The notes below the pieces were generated by a model. The model saw nothing but the letters and a program-made list of their open reading frames with translations. It had not been told where the DNA came from and searched no databases. From Octopus bimaculoides (lineage: Eukaryota): a stretch of 64,000 bases of DNA. A program made the translations under genes and the position numbers. Where the stretch lies: NCBI RefSeq assembly GCF_001194135.2, contig NC_068992.1, positions 55,845,341 through 55,909,340 of the forward strand, in the 5' to 3' direction. This document shows positions 49,101 through 60,214 of this stretch, one piece after another; within the stretch, counting starts at the first letter, position 1; each line of letters starts with the position of its first letter.

Positions 49101-52100
49101 AAAATTTCAATAAAATATCTGCAGCAAATATGAATTCATAAACTAAGATTTGGCAGGCCAACACCTTATCTGTTTTTAAAATTTGTACTTAAAAATATCT
49201 CTTGATAATATACTCACATCATAACCACTTTGAACTTCTTTCACCTTCCAACTGAGAAACTCAAAAACTGTAGAAAAATGCTTGTTTCTTATTTGGTCAT
49301 ATATCTGCAAAAATGGATGGAAAATTTTGTTGAAAAACATTTTTTTAAAACAATGGTTTTTGGTAAGCAGTGTCGATGTTTACAATTCTGTAAATAATAA
49401 TGATAATAATAACAATATTTTATAAGCTTAAAGCTTATAAGTGACCACCACGTAATGACTAAAGAAAATAGTCAAATATTGGGGCATATATGCCCCTTGA
49501 CAGAATAAAGTAGGGTTTTCTGTAGGCATGGGAAGCAAACCCACAGCTCTTTGTCTTCACAAAAAGAGCTGTGGGGGGAGGGGGGGAGGAGGAGGATTTA
49601 TTACAGCATTAACTTCCCAACAAACCAAATCAGCAATTTGGTTTCACTTTCTCGTTAGAACCATTTCTTGTCTTCAATTCCCTTTACAGTACAGTACTCT
49701 TGAGAAAGAATACTGCATCCTAAGTGATATGAATGTATTTCTCCCACTTTCCTCAATAAGTTACAGGTTTCATGACCTGCAGTCAGTGACTAATATACTT
49801 ACTTCATCTTGACTGGACAGCAGTACTCTGGTAGGTTTGTCTTTCCCTGTGATTTCTTTGGTGAACTCTATATAACCTAGATAATACAAACAGAAGACAC
49901 ACAGAATTCAGAATATGAGATATTATTGGTTTCAAATTTTAGCAAAAGGTCATCAATTTTGGGGGTGGGAATAAGTCAATTACATCAATCTCCAGTGATC
50001 AACTGGTACTCATTTTATTGACCCAGAATGGATGTGCATACACACACACACACCGAGGGTATGGTGAATATATTGTCATCTGAATTACACAAAAATGAAA
50101 ATAACACTGACATCTCATTTTAACAGATATATTTACTAAAATTACATGAAAAATCTTGAAATACTAAAGAGTAAATTTATTCAATAAAATCGTCATTGCT
50201 TCAACCATGGCCTCCAGACGACTTCAAGATCTCCTGCAACTCTTCTGGACAGTCTACATAATAGGATTAAATACCAAATCTTCAGAGGAACATTGTAATT
50301 CAGTTCAGAATTATATACTAAGTTGTTAGACAGGGGAAACACTGCATGGCACCTTGGGGGCAAGTGTCTTCCACTATAGTTCCAGGCTGACCAAAGCCTT
50401 GTGAGTGGATGATGTTTTATTTATAACTACCACATAATTTCAAGACAAGACACACACAGATATGATGGGTTTCTTTCAGTTCCCATCTACCAAATCTTCT
50501 CACAAGGTTAAAAACAAAATAGCCATACATTCATTTCATCTTTGTATGACAATGGCAAACTTTAATTCTTTCAAATTTTGGTACAATGGCAGCAATTTCA
50601 TGGGGAGAAGTAAATCAATTACATCAAACCCCAGTACTTGAATCATCATCAACACCATCCTGTAATGTCTCTCTTCCATACTGGCATGGCTTGGATGGTT
50701 TGACAGAAGCTGGTAAGCCAGCAGACTGCACCAGGCTCCATTGTCTGCTTTGGCATGGTTTTCCTATGGCTGGATGCCCTTTCTAACACCAACCACTTTA
50801 CAGAGTGTACTGGGTGCTTTCATGTAGAACCAGCACCAGTAGAGTCACCAAGTAACTTGAAAGACAAAGATCTCTCGGCTGGGAGAGGGAGTGGAACTGA
50901 GGGAGGTGGTTTCATGCCAGCAACCCTAAAAAGATGAATAGCAAAGTTGACCTGAGCAGGACTTTAACTCAAGCCAGAACAAATGCTGCTAAGCATTTTG
51001 ATCAATGCACTCATGATTCAGCCAGCTCACTGCCTTTAGCAACAACAACAACAACAATAAAACAATAATTTGTTTTGTATAACTTACCACTTTGTATTCC
51101 AAATGTTTCATCTAAAATTCCTTCATATGTTAACTGTGAAGAAAGAGGTGTCACAAAATCTACATCTAAAATGAAAGAAAAACAAAGGATAGAAATTATA
51201 TGAACAAAACAGTTCACGCAAAGGGTCTAAAAATATATTCTAGATAAAAAAAATCAATAATGATTTCTTGCCCTTGGTGATGATGATGATCGCCACTGTC
51301 TAATGTCTGTTTTCCATGATGACATGGGTTGGATGGTTTGACAGGAGCTGGCAAGCCAGAGGACTGCACCAAGTTCTGCTGTCTGCCTTGGTATGGTTTC
51401 TACAGCTGGATGACCTTTCTAATGCCAACCACTTTACAGAGTGTACTGGGTGCTTTTTTACATGGCACCAACACCAGTGAGGTCACCAAATAATTTGCAG
51501 GACAAAGAACCCTTTAAATAAGAGTGGGGGTAGTATTGAAGAAAGTACTGATGGAGGAGGCTTTGTGTCAAGCAATAGGAGGTTAAAGTATGATAGGAAG
51601 ACAGAAACAGGTGTCTTGCCGTAGAGGAGACATATGGTTTCCCCAGTTGGAAAAAGAGAGAAGAGAGGAGAAGGAGAGAGAGAGAACATGGTGGTGAAGA
51701 TGTGTAGGGCATACGAAGCAGTACAAAATAAAATATAAATATATACCTCTGTCTATGATAAACAGCTTTCCAATCTCAAAATTCTCGTCTTCAGTTTTCT
51801 GATGATATTCTGTCATTGCTAACATCATTTCATGTATTTTCTAGCCATGAAAATATGAGAAACAGAAAAAGAAGAAAAGAACATTAAANNNNNNNNNNNN
51901 NNNNNNNNNNNNNNNNNNNNNNNNNNNNNNNNNNNNNNNNNNNNNNNNNNNNNNNNNNNNNNNNNNNNNNNNNNNNNNNNNNNNNNNNNNNNNNNNNNNN
52001 NNNNNNNNNNNNNNNNNNNNNNNNNNNNNNNNNNNNNNNNNNNNNNNNNNNNNNNNNNNNNNNNNNNNNNNNNNNNNNNNNNNNNNNNNNNNNNNNNNNN

Positions 52101-52186
52101 NNNNNNNNNNNNNNNNNNNNNNNNNNNNNNNNNNNNNNNNNNNNNATTTTCCCTGTAAGTTTTGGAATTGTATTCCCTAATATTAT

Positions 52187-52220
<34 letters not shown>

Positions 52221-53326
52221 CAAGCTTATTTCAGTTTCCATCTATCAAATCCACACAGAAAGCTTTAATCAGCCCAAGGCTATAACATAAGACCCAAGGT
52301 ACCACATGCAGTGGGACTGAACTTGGAACCATGTGGTTGGGAAGCAAACTTCTTATCACACAACACACCTGTGCCTACAAAGCAGATAAGAAGAGGTCCT
52401 GGCAACTAAATAAATATATAAATAAAAGAAAGGATTAAGGGATTTTTTTCCTGGAATCTTATTTTTTTTAATATAATCAAATAGTCTGAAAGAAGTAAAA
52501 TAATTTCATTTACCTTAGCTGCTCTTCCAATACCACAGACAAATGGTATTTGTCTATATACTGACTGGAAATGAACCAATGACTTCGCAACAGTATTCAA
52601 CCAGGTATAATCATTATGCTGAAACACAAATCATTTCTTAATTACACAAATGTATTGGATTCTTTTTACTTTTATTTTTGTTGTTGTTGTTGTAGTGATT
52701 GGAGAAGAATGAGATAATTATAGATTTTTGTATCGTATTTTTCAGCAGAGTGGTTGGTGTTAGGAAAGGCATCCAGCCATAAAACCCATGCCAAAACAGA
52801 CACAGAAGCATGGTACAGGCTCCTGCCTGGTCAGCTCTTGTTAAACCATGCAACCCATGCCAGCATGGAAGGAGGACATTAAACAATGATGATGATGATG
52901 AAATCAGTGAAGTATATAGTGCAAACAACTGGTTGTAAACATTCAAACATCATTACTATCTTTCTGGATCCTCCAAAGTCATTTTGGTGTATAAAGTTGA
53001 CATAGCTTTTGAGCTGTAAATTTCGGTCTGATAAATTTGACTTGAATGTCAGAAAATACAGTGTGTGTAATAGCAGTTCAGAGAGAATGTCTGAGAAAGG
53101 AGGCTGAGAAGAGGCAAAGCTGACTGCAGTGGAATCTGAACTCAGAAATAAAGCCAGAAATAATTCCATTTTGCATGGTGAGCTAATGATTCTACTAGCT
53201 TACTGCTTAAATAGCAACAATGACGAAAATAATAATGATGAACAATTGGATATGTCTGCATATGTACATCACATATATGTGCGTGCATGAGAGAGAGAGA
53301 GAGAGAGAGAGAGAGTGTGTGTGTGT

Positions 53327-53363
<37 letters not shown>

Positions 53364-54931
53364 ATTTCTGTAGTGTGAATTTGAAGTTAATGATGTCTTG
53401 TATCTTTTAAGAAATTGTATTCAATTCAACACTTACTAAATAAAATCTTGGCAGGAAATCGGATAATTCCAAAGACAGAACATCTCGGTCAAGTGGTATT
53501 AAATCTAAAATGAACTCTTCCACAGTAACATAGCCATATACTCCTTCTCTCTCCANNNNNNNNNNNNNNNNNNNNNNNNNNNNNNNNNNNNNNNNNNNNN
53601 NNNNNNNNNNNNNNNNNNNNNNNNNNNNNNNNNNNNNNNNNNNNNNNNNNNNNNNNNNNNNNNNNNNNNNNNNNNNNNNNNNNNNNNNNNNNNNNNNNNN
53701 NNNNNNNNNNNNNNNNNNNNNNNNNNNNNNNNNNNNNNNNNNNNNNNNNNNNNNNNNNNNNNNNNNNNNNNNNNNNNNNNNNNNNNNNNNNNNNNNNNNN
53801 NNNNNNNNNNNNNNNNNNNNNNNNNNNNNNNNNNNNNNNNNNNNNNNNNNNNNNNNNNNNNNNNNNNNNNNNNNNNNNNNNNNNNNNNNNNNNNNNNNNN
53901 NNNNNNNNNNNNNNNNNNNNNNNNNNNNNNNNNNNNNNNNNNNNNNNNNNNNNNNNNNNNNNNNNNNNNNNNNNNNNNNNNNNNNNNNNNNNNNNNNNNN
54001 NNNNNNNNNNNNNNNNNNNNNNNNNNNNNNNNNNNNNNNNNNNNNNNNNNNNNNNNNNNNNNNNNNNNNNNNNNNNNNNNNNNNNNNNNNNNNNNNNNNN
54101 NNNNNNNNNNNNNNNNNNNNNNNNNNNNNNNNNNNGGGAAAATTGTTTCCATTTTATTTTTTTAATAGTAACAGCAGTTGGGCACCATCTGTGAGAAAAA
54201 CAGAACCATGACACAATTCACTCTGCCAGAAATTTGGAAATGACATGCTGTACTGCTTGGCATTCGCGCCGGAAGCTCCAATATGAACATTTCAAAGTGT
54301 TTGGGTGTCAATCTGAGGACAGTGCATGTACCGAGAGTGATAAAAATCAAACATCCAGTCAACATCATGTTGTTTGGAGTGATCACTAGTGATGGCGTCG
54401 TTATACCTCCATTTATCTTTCCACACGGCCTCAGACTCAATACAGAGGCCTACATCAAGTGCCTGCAGGAGGTAGTCTTGCTCTGGGTCAAGAGGGTGGC
54501 TGTTGGAAGACCCTATGTCTGGCAACAGTACTCTGTACCATGCCACACAAGCAGGGGAACCCAGTCATGGCTGTCAGACAATTCCTGTAACCACATCACC
54601 CCCTAACATTTGACCACCTAACTCCTCAGACTGCAATGAGACCAACAAAACTCCCTGTGACACCAAAGATGAACTGAAGGCAAGGATTATGGCAGCATTC
54701 ACCAACTTAAACAAGGAGACTGTCCAGAAGAGTTGCAGGAGATTCCAAAGTTATCTGGAAGCCATAGCTGAAGCCAATGGCGATTTTATTGAATAAATTT
54801 ACTCTTTAGTATTTCAAGATATTTTTATACAATTTTGGTAAATATATCTGTTAAAATGAGATGTCATTGTTATTTTCATTTTTGTATAATTTACACAACA
54901 GTTTATTCACCGCACCCTGTATATATGTATA

Positions 54932-54969
<38 letters not shown>

Positions 54970-57900
54970 CAAACATAGTTTATAAATCCAATATAGGTAG
55001 AATCAACAAAAAAGTACTCCNNNNNNNNNNTTTATAAATCCAATATAGGTAGAATCAACAAAAAAGTACTCCATCCACTGAGAGATAAACATCAATTTAA
55101 TACATAACCAAAAGAGCTACTAATAGTTTCATGCTTTTAGGATACTTTTACTAGGCATATTTATTATAAAATACACCATGTATCTCCAAGCAATCTTTCA
55201 GGCTCTGTATATCCATTATGAAAAAAAAAAAATGAGAAGAAAAACACGAAGAAGGTTGATGCAAAAAATGGAATGAGAGGAAAGAAACGAAAGCAAGAAA
55301 ACTAAGATTCCTGTCCTTCTTGATTGCAGAAACCACGATTAATGCAGCTGGTACAGAACAAAATTGCAGAAAATATGTCAAAGTCTACAAGATAGCAAAA
55401 TTGGAAACTATAGTTCTTATTATCTTTCTTCTACTTCACCTCCTCCTTTTTCTTTGCCTTCTTTAAATGGTCACAGCCAAGTGCATGTAGCTTAATGAAG
55501 ATCAGTTTAGAATGGGTTAGATACATTTCATGTATCTGTTACTTTTTTTTGTTTTGTTTTGTTTTTGTTATTGTGGTCTCAAAACCATGTCATGAGATTT
55601 ATTACTGATAAACACCTGCCAGAGTTGAAATAACCAAAATTATTCATATTGACATAACTCTAACGAACTTGTTTTTAATGAAGTTGAAAGCAACTCCTTG
55701 AAACTGTTTGGTCATGTCAAGCATTGAACTAGTGATCTTTCTAAGATCTGTATAGAGGATGTGATATTTATGATACCTGGAAAGAGAAGCTGAGGACACC
55801 CAACCTCACCCAAAGGCAGATGGAGAGATGGACCAGATCCTAAAATGGTCTCAATGTCAATCAGAGTCTGAGCTCAACACAATGGCAGTGACCTCAGACT
55901 GGTTGATTCAACCTCATTTCGGAAGTGACACAAGTATGTGACATTGACAATCCTTTAAAATGATCAAATAAGCATTTGTCACTTCCAGGAAGATTTCGTT
56001 TTTGCCTAGCTCTGAAGTATATTGTTTTTAGACACAGTATGTATAAAAAGAAGTTTTTTTTCCTGAACAAAAAACTGCATCTTTTGGTTCTTTAACAATA
56101 CAATAACATTAAGTATATTATATAGATAAAGATTTTTCTCTAGAGTTGGTGCTATTGCATAATTTGAATTTTATTCAGCCTTAGCAGCATCACTGCAAAC
56201 CAGTGTATACTTTACACAGTGTCTCTATATACTTCAGACTGGTTGATTCAGCCTAATTTCAGAAGTGATAGAAGTGACATTGACAAGCTACAGCAACAGT
56301 GAAATGCACATCTGTCACTCTAGTGGTCATTTTTGAGAAGATTTTGTTTTGTCTCTCTGAAGTACATTGTGTTTTTCAATATAATACATCTATAAAGAGA
56401 TTTTTCTCCTGGATGAAGAAAAACCGCAGCTTCTGGTTTCTCAACAAAAAACATGGGTTAATTACGTTATATAGACAAAGATGTTCCTGATATTTTGTAT
56501 TCAGCTGAAAGCGAGAATAAGATTAAAGACAAGCTCCTAAAATCTGCCAATCAGATACAACAGTATCACATATAAACAGAAAGTTCTAATGCTCTTGCTA
56601 TATATATATATAATACAAAATGGGACAAGAACGCAAAACATCCAGACAGTTAAGTGATACAAGAAAGGGACAACAAAACATCCAGATAGACGATACAAAA
56701 GAAACAAGGACAGGTCATTTGGAGTTTTCTTTCATCAGTCAAGTTCCAGATTATCTTTACAATTTCGGCTGGTTATTCTTGATATTGCTCCAATTTGGCC
56801 AGCCCCAAGGAAAAACTAAGCTATGAGCATTAGATTCCTTGGAAGAAAGCAGCGAATGTATACAAAAACAAGGATGGAAAAAAACGAACAATGTTACACA
56901 AATACAATATATATATGAGTGGTTGGCGTTAGGAAGGGCATCCAGCTGTAGAAACTCTGCCAAATTAGATTGGAGCCTGGTGTAGCCATCCGGTTGCACC
57001 AGTCCTCAGTCAAATCGTCCAACCCATGCTGGCATGGAAAGCGGACGTTAAACGATGATGATGATGATGATATATATATATATATATATATATCAATATC
57101 TATAAAAGATATATATATATATATATATATATTGACAAATTCATTCCAATCAGATGTAAATACTTACTTTACGAGGTGTCATTAATATTCGATATGTCCT
57201 TTTCTGCTCTAAACTTCTCTCACAATTGATTTGCCTTGCAATATGCTCCATCATTTCAATTCGTGGACGAACAATGTACAGCCGCCTGAAGTAAATAGGT
57301 AAATAATAAGGCTGTAGTCAATTATATTAAGCCAGGTACTTCAACAGGTACTTATTTTATTGTAGTGTATCACAAGTGATATAGACACACACACTCTCGA
57401 GGATATCATACATGTGCGTGTGTGTGTGTGTGTATATAATCAATCCAAACATGATCAAGCAAAAAAAAAAACACGAAAAAACAACAACACGAGGACGTGG
57501 AATAAGTACAGTGTTATTGGACGGTCAGGAAAGGAAAGAAAAGACAGAGGATTTCACGTTTCGAGCATATATATATATAATATAGGTGCAGGCATGTTGA
57601 TGTAATTAACTTAATCCCACCCCTAAAACTGCTGACCTTAAATCAGCCTTAATGATTATATCATTTGTCATTAGTCAATATCAGTCATTGAAGAATTATA
57701 TTTTTTACTTTTATTCTATATCTGTTTCAAAGAATTAAATGATTTCACCCACATCACAATATTTCCCCTATGGAAGCTAAACAAGATAATGTAATTGATA
57801 ATATAATTAATAATGTAATAAAATGTAAGCGCAAATGTTAATTACATGAAGGGGAAAAAAGAAGAAAAATGATATTTACTGGTTACATCCAGGCAATGCT

Positions 57901-59254
57901 TTTTGTGTAAAATCAAATTTGAATATTTTGGCAACTCCATGAGCCTAAAAGAGAAACAGATATCGAAAACTATATATTACACATATATAAGGACACATAA
58001 CTGGTGCAGCAATATCAGAGGAAAGTTAACTGGGAAAATAGTTTACAATTCATTGCCCAAGACTATAGTAGAAGACACATGCCCAATCATCACCATCATC
58101 ATCATTTAATGTTCGCTTTTCCAGACAGAGTTTATGGAGACATATTTTCCACAGCTGGATGCTCTTCATGTCACTAACCCTTACCTGATCCCAAATGAAT
58201 TAATATTTCCCGATGGCCTGACATGTCATTGCAGAATACTAGAAACGACACTGCTTGCATGACAGTGACACTCATTTACAATTATCATTAATGCCAAGAC
58301 AAAGAGACACAATATACACACAGAAGAGAGAAACATATATGGTAGGCCTTGGCATAGTTTTTGTCTACTAAATTCCACTTTCTCAATGTTCTCCTGAAAC
58401 ACCAGCCAAATCACTCTCAAATCAGAGAAGGACACATGAAGTGATGTAGTCCTCTATATCCCTAAAAAATAGGATGGTAACATTTTTAATGCCTTCGATT
58501 GAAGGTGAACTCAATCAGCTAAATAACAAATATATAGAAATATAACAACTGTACAGGTTTATACCAACCTTTAGAACAGAAGCGCCAACAATGCGATCAA
58601 GTGGTTTCATCAGCTCACCATCAAGCACCAAGTCTTTTTGACCAGGAATCTAAATTTTAATTCAAAAAATAGAATTCAAATGAAATGATATTTTGAAAAA
58701 TTATTTTAATGTAATAAAGAAATAATATAAATGTAGATCTGATGTGCATTCGTAGATTTGTATGTGTGTGTTTGTGTGTGTGCACACACACATATATACA
58801 TAGTTGCAGGTATGGCTGTATAGTAAGAAATTTGCTTCCCAACCACATGGTTCCAGGTTCAGTCCCATTCTGTGGTATCTTAGGCAAGAGTCTTTCACCA
58901 TAGTCCTGGGTCAAACTAGAGCCCTGAAAGTGGATTTGGTAGAGAGAAACTGAAAGAAGCCCATCATGTATTTATGCGTGTGTGTGTGTGTGTGCGCGCG
59001 CGCGCCTATATGTATGTGTACGTGTCTTCTTGTTTGTGCATGACCCCTACAACAGCTTGACAGCCAGTGATGGTTTGTTTACAGTCCTGCGCATTGGCAG
59101 TTCGGCAGAAAGAGACCGATAAAATAAGTACCTGGTTTGAAAACAAAATAAGTATTGGAATCGATTTGTTCAACTAAAATCTTCGAGGCCATGCTGTAGC
59201 ATGGCCTCAGTCAAAGGACTGAAACAAGCTAATGATAAAAGAAAGATATATATG

Positions 59255-59289
<35 letters not shown>

Positions 59290-59912
59290 GGTATGTTTTG
59301 ACGCTGATTAAGACTGAGATAAAATAGACACGAGGGGCGGTGTGCATACTAACTACAAATGCGATAGGTTCTTACGTGATATAGTGGATGTTGTATATGT
59401 CAACAACGACGTAGTCAAGCCAACGACAGCGTATCGAAAAGACCGCTTGATTCGGTACAAATGGCACCTGCATCTCCTTCATAGAAGCTGCCGAGTCTCG
59501 CTCTTAAAAACAAATCTTACCGTCTGAGAGTTAGACACAGCTGATCATGTATATCGTAATACATAGGTTTTGGGAGGGGGAAAAAGGCGGTTGTTATGGT
59601 TGGAACGTCTTCGATCAAAGGTGAAACCGAGTGCAGATAACCTGGTGGAGGGGTTAAACACCAACAATAACAACAAACATGATGTGATCAGGCAGTCCCT
59701 ATCTCGGAGGTCACAGGACCTACTAGAAATAACAGCGATCACACCCTGCCGTCTTTAATACAAGGATACAATGTGGATAATGTAGTTCTGAAGACACTAC
59801 TATGTCTGGAATGTAACACAGGATGATGGTCACAATTGGAACGCTTTTGACCATAGACGTACTCAGAGATTACCTAGGCCCAAACATCAACTAAATCATG
59901 TAAAGAGAAGTA

Positions 59913-59971
<59 letters not shown>

Positions 59972-60214
59972 TAAATAAACATATACACACAAAGGGGGTG
60001 TGAGCCTATTGAGATTACCTGGCGGTGAAGAAGAACTGTAAATTACCAAAAATTAAATATCACAGATGCAATTCAATTCGATAATGATATGAATAATAAA
60101 GATAATGAAGATGATGATGTGGAAATTTTAATAACTTACGTTTTCGAGCTGATAAATTAGCCGATCTCTAATGAATTGAGAGAGCAAACTGACATCTGGA
60201 AATTTAGACGCCAT
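36357..60214 (-). CDS. VPS33B: Vacuolar protein sorting 33B (Sec1/Munc18 family), 19 coding exons, about 600 aa
   Basis: Exons read by hand, with GT-AG boundaries and compatible phases at every visible junction (exon 5 acceptor is in a gap). Motifs DVDFVTPLSSQLTYEGILDETFGI, HIGACE, KRSSYQALVKKLNL, PRDMSYVFSGAY and [31 protein letters not shown] fit VPS33B rather than VPS33A. Confidence 0.93.
37835..37948 (-). CDS. VPS33B: VPS33B exon 18 ([37 protein letters not shown])
   Basis: attacag| acceptor, |gtgagg donor, 114 nt. Confidence 0.93.
38724..38817 (-). CDS. VPS33B: VPS33B exon 17 (VLSRNGFTGLEDVTKLLPGETFCSIRSPIPK)
   Basis: atgacag| acceptor, |gtaagt donor, 94 nt. Confidence 0.9.
39320..39421 (-). 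CDS. VPS33B: VPS33B exon 16 (VPKSAEDISLKSPRDMSYVFSGAYTPTSCRLVEE)
   Basis: tttaaag| acceptor, |gtaggt donor, 102 nt. Confidence 0.92.
40095..40475 (+). mobile_element. Complete tRNA-derived SINE family C (probably the Octopus OK-type SINE)
   Basis: ggaggcgcaatggcccagtggttagg head, ggtttcgattcc B-box; further copies at 45297-45673 (-) and 19140-19265 (-). The family name is from memory. Confidence 0.8.
40614..40778 (-). CDS. VPS33B: VPS33B exon 15 (TYGFDMLPTLHNLRKLHLFMEQEQSLSKPLGKMAAGVAAMAKRSSYQALVKKLNL)
   Basis: tttgtag| acceptor, |gtaagt donor, 165 nt. Confidence 0.92.
41027..41765 (+). mobile_element. SINE family B with an RTE 3'-tail fragment (41216-41556) nested in its internal microsatellite
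   Basis: SINE head, (TA)n, RTE-tail unit ending in (GAT)n, then the SINE 3' half. Confidence 0.75.
42550..42651 (-). CDS. VPS33B: VPS33B exon 14 (FNCEQTLRLLCLLSLTNDGINSKHYKQLSIQFIH)
   Basis: atttcag| acceptor, |gttagt donor, 102 nt. Confidence 0.92.
43176..43385 (-). mobile_element. Second dispersed copy of the hammerhead-bearing repeat
   Basis: Reverse complement aligns with 26030-26240. Confidence 0.65.
43336..43378 (-). ncRNA. Minimal type I hammerhead ribozyme motif, family 1 copy C, in VPS33B intron 13 (sense)
   Basis: UUCAGG CUGAUGA UGAG-CAAUGA-CUCA GAAAC AU GUC^ CCUGAA: stem I differs from copies A/B by two compensatory pairs; perfect 4-bp stem II. Confidence 0.78.
43520..43840 (-). 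mobile_element. RTE 3'-tail-derived repeat with (GAT)n tail
   Basis: Same family as 37245-37500, 41216-41556, 50640-50830, 51280-51480, 52745-52900, 56915-57070, 60610-60787 and the tail of the RTE at 62612. Confidence 0.75.
44128..44192 (-). CDS. VPS33B: VPS33B exon 13 (SLLEGSDTKENINFIEECINRK)
   Basis: atttcag| acceptor, |gtgggt donor, 65 nt. Confidence 0.9.
46563..46643 (-). CDS. VPS33B: VPS33B exon 12 (HIGACEVVMARKTKSFENFEEIMQTEH)
   Basis: ttttcag| acceptor, |gtgaga donor, 81 nt. Confidence 0.92.
47160..47440. repeat. Degenerate minisatellite with a unit of about 22 bp (acaacatgtgacagtccactac-like)
   Basis: Recurrent catgtgacag and cactac motifs. Confidence 0.6.
47472..47565 (-). CDS. 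VPS33B: VPS33B exon 11 (KRHSLTTVGAMKNFVSNELKDLSHRHKTLAY)
   Basis: atttcag| acceptor, |gtaagt donor, 94 nt. Confidence 0.92.
47722..48131. mobile_element. TTAA-flanked MITE (piggyBac-like ends) as an internal tandem dimer
   Basis: TTAA at 47718-47721 and 48132-48135; TIR ccctttagcatt/aatgctaaaggg; second unit begins near 47945. Confidence 0.8.
49218..49304 (-). CDS. VPS33B: VPS33B exon 10 (IYDQIRNKHFSTVFEFLSWKVKEVQSGYD)
   Basis: tttgcag| acceptor, |gtgagt donor, 87 nt. Confidence 0.92.
49803..49876 (-). CDS. VPS33B: VPS33B exon 9 (YIEFTKEITGKDKPTRVLLSSQDE)
   Basis: tatctag| acceptor, |gtaagt donor, 74 nt. Confidence 0.9.
50054..50255 (-). mobile_element. 3' end fragment of the same mariner family as 54136-54921
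   Basis: Reverse complement aligns with 54715-54920. Confidence 0.75.
51088..51165 (-). CDS. VPS33B: VPS33B exon 8 (DVDFVTPLSSQLTYEGILDETFGIQSG)
   Basis: attttag| acceptor, |gtaagt donor, 78 nt. Confidence 0.93.
51747..51840 (-). CDS. VPS33B: VPS33B exon 7 (KIHEMMLAMTEYHQKTEDENFEIGKLFIIDR)
   Basis: tggctag| acceptor, |gtatat donor, 94 nt. Confidence 0.9.
52514..52618 (-). CDS. VPS33B: VPS33B exon 6 (HNDYTWLNTVAKSLVHFQSVYRQIPFVCGIGRAAK)
   Basis: gtttcag| acceptor, |gtaaat donor, 105 nt. Confidence 0.92.
53437..53555 (-). CDS. VPS33B: VPS33B exon 5, 5' end lost in N gap (EREGVYGYVTVEEFILDLIPLDRDVLSLELSDFLPRFYL)
   Basis: |gtaagt donor; the open frame runs into the gap at 53556. Confidence 0.9.
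53556..54135. other. Assembly gap hiding the acceptor and first codons of VPS33B exon 5
   Basis: N run abuts the open exon 5 frame. Confidence 0.9.
54136..54921 (+). mobile_element. Internally deleted Tc1/mariner (DD37D/maT-like) element in VPS33B intron 4
   Basis: NISKCLGVNLRTV / KHPVNIMLFGVITSDG...YVWQQYSVPCHTSR.TQSWL...PPNSSDC / LEAIAEANGDFIE*; right TIR tttattcaccgcaccctg followed by TA. Confidence 0.85.
57168..57285 (-). CDS. VPS33B: VPS33B exon 4 (RLYIVRPRIEMMEHIARQINCERSLEQKRTYRILMTPRK)
   Basis: acttcag| acceptor, |gtaagt donor, 118 nt. Confidence 0.92.
57880..57944 (-). CDS. VPS33B: VPS33B exon 3 (AHGVAKIFKFDFTQKALPGCN)
   Basis: cttttag| acceptor, |gtaaat donor, 65 nt. Confidence 0.9.
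58569..58649 (-). CDS. VPS33B: VPS33B exon 2 (IPGQKDLVLDGELMKPLDRIVGASVLK)
   Basis: aatttag| acceptor, |gttggt donor, 81 nt. Confidence 0.92.
58803..59243 (+). mobile_element. Full-length SINE family B, CpG-decayed
   Basis: Head, internal (GT/GC)n and 3' half are all present. Confidence 0.8.

Noticed and set aside
54980-55072. Exact duplication of about 42 bp on both sides of a 10-N gap
   Set aside because: Typical unmerged contig overlap; assembly artefact
56700-56745. CUGAUGA on the minus strand in a Penelope-like fragment
   Set aside because: GAAA is replaced by CAAA and no stem I pairing was found
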